A stretch of 63,994 bases of DNA, filler included, from Basidioascus undulatus (taxonomy: Eukaryota), in the NCBI GenBank assembly GCA_000826855.1. It is 4 parts of 4 records of this genome, joined end to end, with 100 filler letters (N's around TTAATTAATTAA, not from the genome) between each part and the next. Parts side by side here need not be neighbours in the genome. Positions count along the whole stretch, not along the records: positions 32,469 to 48,569 come from JTLS01000606.1; positions 48,670 to 63,994 come from JTLS01000646.1; 2 more parts are not named here. One strand, given 5' to 3'. Under the pieces are notes generated by a model. It saw nothing but the letters and a program-made list of their open reading frames with translations, was not told the origin of the DNA and ran no database searches. This document shows, piece after piece, positions 38,886-50,293 of this stretch. How positions within the stretch are numbered: position 1 is the first letter of the stretch; every line of letters begins with the position of its first letter. The position numbers and the translations under genes are program-made.

Positions 38886-39476
38886 GTCTCAATACTTTAC
38901 ACTTGTTAACAATGGAAGAGTTTTTGCATGAAGACCTGCTAGCAATGGCGAGACGGTTCAACTGGTCACTACGGCTCGGATGCGCTGTGGACAATGAGTG
39001 TCCATCATGGCGAAAGCGCCCCTCGAAGATGATATGTGGCAATACTTCATGAAATGGCTCTACAAGAATGCGTAGGCTGCTCATGGACCCACCACAAAGG
39101 GGTCAGAGCATTGAAAGGACAACCGATACGACAGCACCGGGACGCAGCCTTTCTCTGTGTTCACTGCCCCCACTACCTCGGCTCGATCTCCGTGCATTTT
39201 GCAGAAACAACTCCTAAGAGCCTGTAAAGATGTGTGCCCATCGGTAGACAGACACTCGCCTAAGACGCTCCGTACTCGCGTTGCTCAATGACTGTGCGCC
39301 CCGGACTGCCCCCGGACCCGCCCAGTACGCATGACGCGCCGCGTTCCGCCCACGCAGCGCAGCGGCCCCTTGAGCCCCTTGATCTTCTCTTCCACCTCCC
39401 ACTCCAGCACACGACCTCCCCCGCATCTTCACCCCTCCTCATCATTCCTTCCTCTACTCATAGATCTCTAGAAGCC

Positions 39477-40499
39477 ATGGCCGACCAGCACCCAGACGCC
39501 GCCGAGCAGCTGCGCTTCATGCGTGCGCCCTTACGAACTCACCACCTCAAGCCAGGGCAGGGCAGGGAAGCTGATCTCTGGCGGGGGGCGGGGGGAGGCC
39601 AGATGAGCGCCTGCTTTCAGCTGCGAAGGAGGACAACGAGGAGCTGGTGCTGGAGGTGTTTAAGGAGGGGGAGGGTGTTGCAGCGTTTGATGTGAACCAC
39701 GGGGATGGGTACGTCCTCCCCTTCCCCTCTCCTTCATTCCTTTCCTCTCTTCCCCGCTCACGCACTCGCGCAGGCTGGGGAACACTGGTCAGTGGCTTTA
39801 GGAATGAGACTTGAGGGGAGGAGGGAGGAAGGGACTGATGGCGGGGCGGGCACAGCGCTGCACTACGCCGTACAACGAGGGAGTCTCACGGTGCTGGAGC
39901 ACCTGCTGTCTCACGACTCGTGCGACGTGGACCCTCAGAACCGGCTCGATCGAGACACGCCGTTGCATTTCGCAGTCAAGGTCTCGCATCCCGATCCCCA
40001 GTTCCGAGAATACGTCGGTGCGTCCCGCTCTTCCCCACTACCTTCCCTCCCGCCCCCTTCCCTCTCTTCCCCTTCCCTCTCTTCCCCTTCCCCTTCCCTC
40101 TCTTCTTCCCCCCTCTCCCTCTTCATTCCTCCTCTTCCCTTCCCTGCCTCTCCTCATGGAAATCAGCTGCAGCGTCTAACCGCATGATCCGGGCCAATCA
40201 GTCGAGCAACTGTTGGAAGCCGGCGCAGACACGACAGTGAAGAACAAGCACGGTGAGAAACCGATCGACGTCCTCCCCGCGGGGCATGACAACGCTGGTA
40301 TCGTCGCGCTCCTGCGGAAAGCGACGGCGCAGAGCGGGCTGGTGGGCGCTGGGGACATTGCAGATGACGATGACGGTGCGTCCGATTCTCTAGAAAGTAA
40401 GTGGGTGGGGGAAAGGAGAGCGGGGGCTGATTTGAGGGTGCGGGTGCGGGGTTGGGGGCAGACGATGGCGAGCCGGGGAGCGGAACCGAGTCCGAGTGA
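39477..40499 (+). CDS. Small ankyrin-repeat protein with acidic tail
   Basis: ERLLSAAKEDNEEL..FDVNHGDG|LGNT|ALHYAV...DVDPQNRLDRDTPLHFAV..|VEQLLEAGADTTVKNKHGEKPID..DIADDDD|DDGEPGSGTESE*. Confidence 0.88.
40035..40150. repeat. Intronic polypyrimidine (CTTCCC-type) low-complexity tract
   Basis: Near-pure C/T run with repeated CCCTTCCCTCTCTTC units inside an ankyrin-gene intron. Confidence 0.8.
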
Positions 40500-40920
40500 G
40501 AGTGGGGGAGGGGGGCGGCGAGGAAGGGATCGCTTTCCGTACTAGTACTCTTTTGGGCCTGTGTTGACCTTGTCGCGTCTTACGTCTTATTGCATTGCAA
40601 GCATACCCCCAGTTGCAGCCACATTCACAGTTTCGCCGTCTTCCAAGCTTGTCTGTGCGGGTTGTTGAAACGCTGTGTGCCAGTCTGATCTGCCGGCCTC
40701 GAGCTTGACGACGACTCGAAGGAAGGCTACAATGCATATGGGCAAGAGACCAATGCAAGATGCTGGCATGCTGAATGTAGATGTGATGTAAACCGATGCG
40801 AGGGAAACTGTCCAAAAGGGTAGAGAGGTCCGGGTAGACTGCGGCGCACCCGATCGTCAGCTTCGCAGCCTTAACACCACAGATTCTTGGGGAGACCTCA
40901 CATAGATAGCCCGCATAGTT

Positions 40921-41935
40921 CTATTGCCAAACCGGCACCAACCGATCCGGCCCAACGAACCTCAGCACCTTCTCCACCCTATCCTGGAGCTCGGGGCCGT
41001 GCCCATCGAGTTTAGCCCGGAGCGTCGCGGCGCCCTCGGGCGAGATCCCGACCTCGAGGGACTCGAGTGCGGGGTTGCGGAGCAGCTGGACGAGCAGGCC
41101 CGGGTCGTCGACCCCCACGATGGGGATCCAGAGGCGGATCTGGGTGATCGGGAGCGTGGAGAGCACGGGGACGAGCGTCCGCCAGTGGAAGACTAGGTAG
41201 ATCGAGCGGAGGCGCGTCCAGTGCGGGAGGGTGGCATCTGCGCAGTCGGGGGAAGGGAGGTTGAGCGGGCAGTGAGGGTGGGGTGGGGTAGGAAGGCACG
41301 CACTCAGCGCGGACTGGACCAACTCCAGCGGGGGGAAGAAAGCGATTCTCGCGCGGACAGGGTTAACGAGCTCCAGTGCGCGCCGCACGTCGCTCGCGTC
41401 GTGGTCCGTATCATCCACATGGCACCGCATATCCACGACCTCCAAGCCATCCCCACACGCCTCAAACACCTCCCGCACCGCGTCCGCGCGGCTCGAGTTG
41501 CTGAGGTACAATCTCCGCACCCAGCGTCCCAGCCCCGGCCGCTCGCGCAGCGTCTTCGCAAACGCGTCCGTCATCGTTTTGGGCTTCTCGCCTGGCAGAG
41601 GTATCCGCGGGGGCGTGTAGATGCCCGACATGGGGAGGGCGTGCGAGGCGAGGGGCGCGCGCAGGTCGATTGATGTGTAGAGGAAGGGGAGGACGAGGTC
41701 GTGGAACTACGGGGGGAGCGGGAGCCTTGAGCAGGGGGAGAAAATGATGCTGAGGCGGGGAGGGGGAGCGCACAAGTCTGCAGACTCGCAAAAGGCTGAA
41801 GAGATCGCGCTGGAGCTGTCGCGTGATGGTGGAGAGGGGGTCGTCGCCCGGCCTGGCGGACAGGAGCGCAGGTACAAGCACGTCCGCGAGGATCTCCCTC
41901 CAGAGCTCGGGTGGAAGTCCAGCCGCGTGAGGCAT
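40921..41935 (-). CDS. F-box-like protein
   Basis: MPHAAGLPPELWREILA...LFSLLRVCRL|..FHDLVLPFLYTSIDL...FAKTLRERPGLGRWVRRLYL, followed by LRR-like segments. Confidence 0.78.
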
Positions 41936-43909
41936 TATCAGTGGTTTACAAAGGCGATTAGCGGGAGGAATATGGAGATTGGAGGGGTAGGAGGCCAAGA
42001 GGGGGGAGATCGTGTGAGCGAGGGGCGAAGGATAAGAAGAACGTCGAAGCGGGCAACGGCACTCCCACGCGGTTTCGTCTCGTTCCTGCCTCCCCGCCGC
42101 CTCGGGCCGACTTCCAAGCGCGACGGTTCCAAGCAACCATTGCTCCCGCATCGCTGTGTCTTATGCGCTTTCGCCAGTTTCTGAACCGGATGCGTGCAGC
42201 CAACGAATGCACAAACGACGATGCATGTATGCGATGCTTTTGCGAGAGTTGGCGAGGAACCGGCTTAAGGCGCTAATGAGGTCGCTCAGGGACGGGGGTG
42301 CGGTTGCGGGACGATCCACAGCCGATGCCGGTTGCCGGCGGATGCGATCCAGAGTCCGCGAAAATTTTGATCAGAAAGCCGAGGAAAGGCGGAAAGATTG
42401 CAAAGGCCTCTCAAATTACATCACGAAAGATACGGCATGTCAAAGTGTGCAATGTATATAGACTGCTTTGATGGGAGCGGTGGCGGGGCGGACCTGCCAT
42501 CACTGCGTTTGCGTGTCGGTATAGATACCAGGCGAGAACGAAAGCCGAAGCACAAACAGGATATCCACCTACTGGTGTTCATTTATTCCCAGTTCTCCGG
42601 AGAAAGTGCTGGCGGATTCAGACCAGTCAGTCTGCCAACTCTATCTCGTCCGCCGTGCTCATCCCGGCAGCCATTATCTCCTAGCTCCCGACATGAACTC
42701 AAGCGAATGTGTTCCATACCTAGACTATCTGAGCCCAAGAAAGGGTGCGCGGGTCATGATGGACTGGGTAACTTGAAAGAGCCGCTGCGTTTTGAACGTT
42801 CTCACATTTTGCTCACACCGCTTTGATCGCATGAAGGAGCACCCGACGGATTCGTTCAGATATTAAGAAGATACTCAAAAGGCTGCATATCCATATCGAG
42901 CAAGCATTGATTGATATGTTTATGCGTGCGATGTGTGGGAGAAATCTCAACCTGAGTGTAGCCACCTTCTGGACAAAGGTCGACATGCGCCTCGTTCTGT
43001 TGCTTTTGCGCAGAGTTTTTCGAGCCCTATAATCGTTGTCTAGGTCTCTGCCTTCGAGTCTGTGGTATCGGTGAGGTTAAGGCTGCCGCGGGAGGAACCT
43101 GAGTAAGAGACGGAGAGACGTGCGATCTTCGCTTTCTCAGAGGGCTGCCGCAGTTGTGAACCTGGGAACTTGATTTCCTCTAGCAGCGTCATTCCAGCAG
43201 ATGTTGTATTTTGGCTTAAAAGCTGTGAGTTTCCTGTCTCAGCGGAACAGTCAGCGGCAGGAAGAGAGACGGTTGAGGGACAGGGGATCGGGGGAAGAGT
43301 GTCGCTGCGTCTTCGTGTCGGCCATTCGTCTTCCGCTCTCACACCGCAAGGCAATAAGGAATTTTCTTTATACTTGTTGTGAGGCAGTCCCCCTCCGCCG
43401 CGGTGTAAACGGTGGATGTGGGTGTCACTTCGCGAGCTGGCACGCTACTCAAGACGGTCGCTGCGTCACGCCGAAGCGAGCACTCTTGTCCGCCAAGGTC
43501 CCATACGAATGAAGAGTGCGTGAATTAGTATCTCCTGCCTGCACTGAGTGTAGATTTTTTTATTTCACTTCATTTCAGGTTGTAGTGAGCAGCACAAACA
43601 GCTCGCTCTCCGGCCACTTGATAACGATCAAGTCCTTCGCGAAGCTATGCGAAATCCGGAGCTCTGCGGCCTGGCAAATGACCGGGCGCTCCCATCGGCG
43701 TTCATGGGTGCACGGCAAGCGGCAGCTCTTCCCAGTATGCAGATACGCTCTAGATAAACTACAGGCAGCTGTGGTGATACGCAGCGACGGAGGATGTAGG
43801 CGCGCGGGAAGGAGGGAAGACTGGCAGGGGTGGATATAAGGATGTTGCTCATGCACTGAGACAGTTGTTTCACCCATAGTACTTTCTTCAGACTTTTCAA
43901 AGATATTCA

Positions 43910-44208
43910 GCATACCCGTAATCTACCCTCTCGACGAGATCACGCGTGTCCAACAGGCCCTTCGCGCGAAGTGCCCCACTGCGAAGGTGTGGTACGCTGA
44001 TTGATAGACATCATGTTGCTGATCCGTTGCCATGAAAGCGCACATCCCTCCCGTCGCGGACTTCACCGTCATGCCCTGCGACAAGTACAAGCTCAGCTTC
44101 AAGCCGGCCGGCTTTTTCACCAAGAACCCGGCGCTAGATGTGCCTGAGAGCAACCAGGGCTTCAACAAGAGCACGCTCGTCAAGGAGACCTGCTGCTCGC
44201 GGCTGTAG
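43910..44208 (+). pseudogene. Copper amine oxidase remnant (termini only)
   Basis: C-terminus HIPPVADFTVMPCDKYKLSFKPAGFFTKNPALDVPESNQGFNKSTLV...CCSRL* (cf. H.PR.EDFPVMP...P..FF..NPALDVP). Preceded by an N-terminus-like PLDEITRVQQALRAK. Confidence 0.8.
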
Positions 44209-44539
44209 ATGTACTTCGCGCTGCTTTTTAGTATAGTGCGTTTGGGGTTTTGGCAATAGTTGATGTGTTGAATTTCAGCATTGCCAACAGGGTTGACAAA
44301 CTCTATGCCAGATTCACGTTGGTCTGATGCGCGCTGTGCTGCTTGCCAGTCAAAAGTGAAACTCGATGCCGCCTTGAGCTGACAGCAAATCTGTACTACC
44401 AATTTGAGGCAAATAGCGCTGATGATAAAAGGTCAAAATGCAATGAAGAAGGTGAGGAACACCGATGGGGAACTGCCGGGCTGGCAGGTTGACAATTTGA
44501 GAAGGATGTTGCAGCAACAGACTGCCAAAGGCAAAAGCA

Positions 44540-44611
44540 AGGTCGGACTGGGAATCGAACCCAGATCCTTGGAATCAGAATCCAATGTACTAACCGTTAT
44601 ACTATCCAACC
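44540..44611 (-). tRNA. tRNA-Gln(CTG), intronless
   Basis: GGTTGGATAGTATAACGGTTAGTACATTGGATT-CTG-ATTCCAAGGATCTGGGTTCGATTCCCAGTCCGACCT folds as a 72-nt cloverleaf; TTTT downstream. Confidence 0.96.
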
Positions 44612-47111
44612 GGTTGCGGTGATTTTGATTTGTCCTCCTACAGATACCGCAGTCAATCACCAATCCACGAGTCAACGGGATCCAAATTGACAGCACACAC
44701 TGAATGCTGCAGCTAATTGCATAAGCATTTAAATTTACCTTTGTAGCGTCCTTGTGAAGTGGGCTTACTTTGGGTACCCTGCCTAACTGCGCCAGCGAAC
44801 GAAAAAGTTCAAAACTGCAGTAGTCACCTGGGATGTGCGGCGAAAGCTACCTTCATTGTACCTTGGTTGAGTACCCGCCTTTGCCTAATGACCAAAGTTT
44901 AAAATCAAACGAATCAAGCTCGCCAGCAGGAGGCGGTAGGAGGGGTGAAGGCCTGCAAGGCATTGATCGAAGCCTGCTTAAAGTGACTTGCTTGGGTTGA
45001 AGCGGCCGGGTATGACAATTTTAAGGACGGTATGACCGTTGGAGAACGCCGTTTCAGAATTTTTATTCCTCAAAATTCAGTATTCAATCATGAACGGGTC
45101 CGAAAACGCTGTTGAACAGTGACAGTGCGGGCAGGCTTGATGCTGGCTGGCTGGCCATGTACCAAAAACATAGTTCCATTGCTATCGGAAAACTTCTTAT
45201 GAAGTAACAATAGGCACAAAACACTTTCAGTGATGTAATAATGCTTTTGTCACAGCCACGATGCCAAGTTCAACACAAGGTCGACTTAAAGGGATTCTCC
45301 AGGTGGTTTGGTACAGGCAGCAAACCAGTTTCATCCAACCGACCTGCTGCAGCCCTCTTGTTTATGAATGGCATAATCCCTGGCAAGAATCACAGTGATT
45401 TACCAGAAATAATTCATGTACAAAACGAGCTTGCGCTTCATCGCCTCCTCCAACCTTCGCTGCTTCCGCCTCGGTGCCCCACCACGATACACGAGAGATA
45501 CACCGGACACTTGGAGATGAAAAGACACGCTCAAGGGCCAAAATACCCTTCACACACTCTCAGTTGAGGTGTCAGTCCCGCTCCGCACACTATAAAGAAC
45601 CGAATTCTCGTCCGCCTGTGAAACTCGTTTCTGTCAGAAAGCGCCACTTTCATACGGGAATGGTCTAGTGCCAAAGGCATACCAGGAGTTCCTCGTACGC
45701 TTTCTTGACGAGTGGAGCACGAGAGACCAGCTCTCTGCGTATTCGATGAACTTGATGGGTGGTCTGTGCGTCGTAGGATGAGTCGGCCAATGTTGCGAGG
45801 ATCGGGACAAGAGCGGCGATCTCGCTGAAAGAACTTCGACGGTCGTTAATTTAACACTAAATGGGAAGCTTAAGAAGATACTCAACTCCTTAGAGCGAGA
45901 ATCGGCCGAATCAAAGTCGGACAGCTGGAAGGTTGCCTGTCAGTCCTCAGTCTGTCGCAATTGTGTGAAGGCAAACTCACCTGAAGCAGCATATATGACG
46001 CTGCAAGGTGTAACTTCGAAGCGTAGAACTGGATATTCGACAGATCCTTTGGGGAGGCAGGACTCCAACGCCAAATAATGTGGCCGAACTTCATGGTGCC
46101 TTGATGCAACAGCAGCAACCTGAAGCGATTAAATGATATGCCGCCCTTTGTCGTGGATACGATGTGAAGAATTAACACTCGTAGTAGTGGTGGGGCGGAT
46201 GCGATGAAGGAGGCGAAAGGTGGTGTCGCCCAATCTCGCAGACTATATGCATGCATCGTCAGGCCCGTTCGCCAGAACGCAACGGAGCAGTGGGGCATGA
46301 GAAAGGCGGGCACGAACGCATCAGCTGATAAATCCCTAACAAAGCTGAACACTGCGATGAAAGACGACAAAGTAAGCTGTTCACACGAATGCTGGTCGAG
46401 GCTGTGTTTGGGAGCAGCGTTCGTCGCGGCCTGCCGCCGGGTTGCGGCGGAAACCTTCCGTTGTTTGGACGTATGCCTGAACGGGTTACGACTGCCGAAT
46501 GACACAGCTCTTCTTAAGCTGACAAAAGTTCAAGTGATCTAGCAGATGCTGTCGAACTGCCTTCGGCGCTCACACAATATGTAAACGTGTTGCACTGGGC
46601 CACAGTCCGGCAAACTCTTCAATGTCCACTGCCTGAACAATATCGAGGTGCTCAAAGCTTTGAAATCAGAAGCTTTGACGTGGATAGATATATGTCCTTG
46701 TATCGGGGAGTCATGGTCTATAAGGGGCCCGAGAAACAGGACAAGACCAAGAATGTTTCGCCAGCATATCAAGAGATGCGGATAATACCCTACGCAGATA
46801 CCAGGCTGCGTAGCTCTTCGTGATTGAGAGAGAGTAGGAGAGACCCAATCAGTTGTATGCCTAATATTGTAAGTGGCATGGATGCAGTCACAAATTTTGC
46901 AGGGCTGCGGCATCCTCTACAGCACTAACATCGTCGCGGATCAGGATGATTCTATCAAGTCGTCAGGTTCAATTACAAGGCCAGGTGTAATTCCACGGAG
47001 TTGAAAAGGTGACAGAACCTCCCTCAGAGGCCCCTGCCCCTTTGAGGTTCCTGTCCAACAGGGCATGATTGGAGGGGTAGTTGTTTGGCAGAACCGGCCA
47101 AAATAATGTAC

Positions 47112-47193
47112 TGCGTCGTCCGGGAATCGAACCCGGTTCTCCGCCTGACTTAGTCTTGGGAAAGCGAAATCATAACCATTAGACCAACGACGC
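47112..47193 (-). tRNA. tRNA-Gly(CCC) with 10-nt intron at 37/38
   Basis: GCGTCGT acceptor stem, TCGCT-TT-CCC-A-[AGACTAAGTC]-A-GGCGG anticodon arm, CCGGG-TTCGATT-CCCGG T arm, discriminator A. Confidence 0.9.
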
Positions 47194-47519
47194 TTAAAAC
47201 TTTTAGTCTTTGTGGACCAAAATGAAATGTCACATGTCCTCAAAATCCTGGTACAAGAGACTTGCAGTGGTTGCCATTCGTCTGATCTGCTGCATCAGGT
47301 TATTAAACATTATAAAACAGATCACATGAATAGGTACCGCCGACCATAATGGTATTTTTTTTATGCAACGGCAGTCTGGGCTTTCCAGATTTGCCTGATG
47401 CGACTAGAGATCATAGGGCTGAACTTTGGTTTGAATGCTTTAGCAAAGTTATTAAAGGTGCAAGATTAAACAATGCTGTCGACAGCCTCAGTCACGGCTA
47501 GTGGTCCCAAATGTCTACT

Positions 47520-48428
47520 TCATTGCTCCTGCCCCAGAACTGGACCTTGTTCCCTTTCAAAGAATCCAGTCACCTCCCTCTCGTCTAATCCCACCATTTT
47601 GACGACCGGGAGTCTTACGCTAACCTTCTCCACAGTCGGCGTGATCGGATGAACCTTCAGCATCACGCTAGGATCCAACGAGCCTGCTCTGCTGCTGCAA
47701 GATGGAGGAGGGACGTGCTGCTGGTGACGCGAGGGACTGGACGATTCGATCTGATGCGAAGCCCCAGAATGGTCTTTTGCCGGAGATGCAGGGATTGGCG
47801 ACAGTTGATACCGTCTCAGCGATTGATCAATGTCGCTGGACGGTGGGGATGGCTGCAAACGGGCCAGTTATTAGCTGCTGAACAGTAATGAGCAAATAAA
47901 CCATATGGAACAAACAGTACGCACGTCATCAAAATGATCACATCCCGAACTCGGTCGAGCTGGGCGGAAAATGCTGCCAATCTCAAGGTGCGGCGAGCCG
48001 ATAAGGCCAGGAGGTGTCTTTCAGGTACTCCTCGAGCAATCAACCTCAGCCTTGCGTGAACATAGAATAATGATTACTCACCGGTATGCTCTTAGGCTCG
48101 GGCATCTTCAGTCCGTTAGGCCTGTTTGAGCGATGGTACGACTTGGGCGATCGCTGCTGCTTCTCCGGCCCAGACGAGGAAGAAGGGGGAGAGCGGCGTC
48201 GGTGCGGAGACGAGGTCCCAGTCTGGGACGCAAGCATGATGTTCTGAAGTGAGATTCGTTGCGGTAGCTGGAGACTTTGATGGTGGGAAGGAAAGAGAGG
48301 CCGGGGGAGGGGTAACTGCCAAAGTGATCGTCAATCTGAGGGGCAGTCGCTTCCCGTGACACATTATAGAGCGATCTTTGGCCTAGCAGATCAACAGCAC
48401 TGTCTGTCTCAGACGACATTGCGCACAA
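47520..48428 (-). CDS. Hypothetical Ser/Pro-rich protein, possibly degenerate
   Basis: Chain of S/P-rich ORFs with a GTGAGT donor near 48080; frame continuity not established. Confidence 0.25.
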
Positions 48429-48569
48429 TTGCGCAGCTCACTACAACACCAAGCAGCACCAAATTGGCCCATGTCCGTTGTCTTGCTTAATGTAAGCACA
48501 CGTTGCTCGTTGCAAGCATGCGCACATGCGCCGGACTCATCAGCATACCCTCAAGATCCCATGGTCCGG

Positions 48570-48669
48570 NNNNNNNNNNNNNNNNNNNNNNNNNNNNNNN
48601 NNNNNNNNNNNNNTTAATTAATTAANNNNNNNNNNNNNNNNNNNNNNNNNNNNNNNNNNNNNNNNNNNN
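48570..48669. other. Artificial contig-joining linker
   Basis: N44-TTAATTAATTAA-N44. Confidence 0.97.
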
Positions 48670-48704
48670 GTCAGAAAAGTCATTGAAGGAATCCGCATCC
48701 TCAC

Positions 48705-48936
48705 CAGCGCGCTTCTCGTCCAAGCTCAGCTCCCGCCAGTCGATCTTCTGCTTCTCCTCAAGCGCCTTGAACACGCCGTAGCGCTCCTCGGTGCTAAGGC
48801 CCTTCCAGCTCGCCTCGATGTTGTTGAGCGGGAGGGTCGAGACGGGCGCAGCCGCGCCGGTGCTCTGGAAGCGGCGGCCGGCGAGGGCAACGGCGCGGGA
48901 GGAGGCGCGGGCAACGCGGAGGGCGGAGGTGGACAT
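48705..48936 (-). CDS. COX5: Cytochrome c oxidase subunit V (fungal Cox5, metazoan COX4 family), exon 1; rest lost at contig end
   Basis: Presequence MSTSALRVARASSRAVALAGRRFQS, then LNNIEASWKGL...ALEEKQKIDWRELSLDEKRA, then a GTGAGG donor. Confidence 0.9.
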
Positions 48937-50293
48937 TGCGGTGCGGTCAGGCGAGACGAGGAGAAGGATGAGGATGAGGGGCAGGGCCAGGCTGAAGGAA
49001 CTGACGGACTTGCGCGCGTTGTCGCTGGCGGCCGGGCAAGCTCGGCTCTCGCACGTCTTCTCTCGGATTCGTGCAAGCGCTCTTTCACACGTTCAATCAT
49101 AGGTGGACCGTTTGTTTGGCGGGCGGGATTTATGTGGGACTGCATGCTTGGGTTTTGTCAGAACGGAAATGTACTGTAGGCGGCGAACTGGGAGGGTGGG
49201 CGAGGGAAAGAACGATTGAGCGACCGCGCTGAGGCGTTTCTGCTCGACCAGTCGCAGTGTGCCTTTTGTCCTCGGCGTTTTCTGCACTCATCTGGGAGTA
49301 AAGTTGCCATAACGAGCGGGCGCTGTGTGAGGATGGAGGAGCTTTCCTGACTTGTTAAAGCTCATAAACGTAAAATTTGGGGTACCACTCGAATGAGTCC
49401 CTGCAGAGGACACATACGACCGCGTCTCCTCGCATGGCAATCCTCACACACCTACCAAAAGTGGATATGTGGGGCTGCATGAGTGTAGGAGACTTTCTGT
49501 GGGGAGTCACCTATCATGTTCAGCTACGCACCCTGCTGCGGTGGTCTGTTTTTGCAAATGTGTGTTCAGCCTTCTGCCTACCGGCTATTTATCGTGGTGC
49601 ATAAGCCCCAAGTAGCATAACCCACACTGCATTCACCTGCTTCTAAGGTCTTTGAAGACCTATGTCCCTTCGTAAAAGTCCCTGGCCAGTGGATTCCTTT
49701 CAGACAACTAACTGTGTTGAAATGAACGACGACCGACCTGCACTGTGGTCGCCTGGCAGACGAGTAGTGTCTCACCTACACGTTGAGAGTTCTCATAGTA
49801 ACATCTGCTTAACCTCCATTGTACCCGTGCATCACCTCAACGCTTTCAGTAAGTATATCATACGTGGAAGCCCCAGCCATCGCAGCGAGCTCGAGGCGGT
49901 ACACGCCGTCGGTCGCGCACTTGGCAAGCACCCTGCGACGCCGCGGAGTTGGGCATCGGACGTCGGGGCCTAAGATCTACTCACATGCGTCCGTCGAATG
50001 TACTCTTTATAGAAGCACATGGCCAGCGAGCGAGAACTGTCCCCCCAAGACCCCCTCATGACTGGCCTTACTCCGCCAGGCTCGCCGACAAACCCGCACT
50101 TCGGCGTGAGGGAGCCAATCAGGACTGCTGGCTCACTTTCGCATCTCGACAGCAGCTGCTGCATTGTTGCAGCTGAGCATGGGGGTATAATACTGGGGAG
50201 TTCAGGCTGTTTGCATTGTAATATTTCTATTCGACTCCTCTTGGGGATCCTTGCCAGCCACCTCTTCCTCTCCATTCGATACTTCGACCCAAG

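Noticed and set aside
45600..46920. ORFs between the two tRNAs as a tRNA-targeted retroelement
   Set aside because: No gag/RT/integrase motifs, LTRs or target-site duplication visible; at most unassignable degenerate coding sequence.
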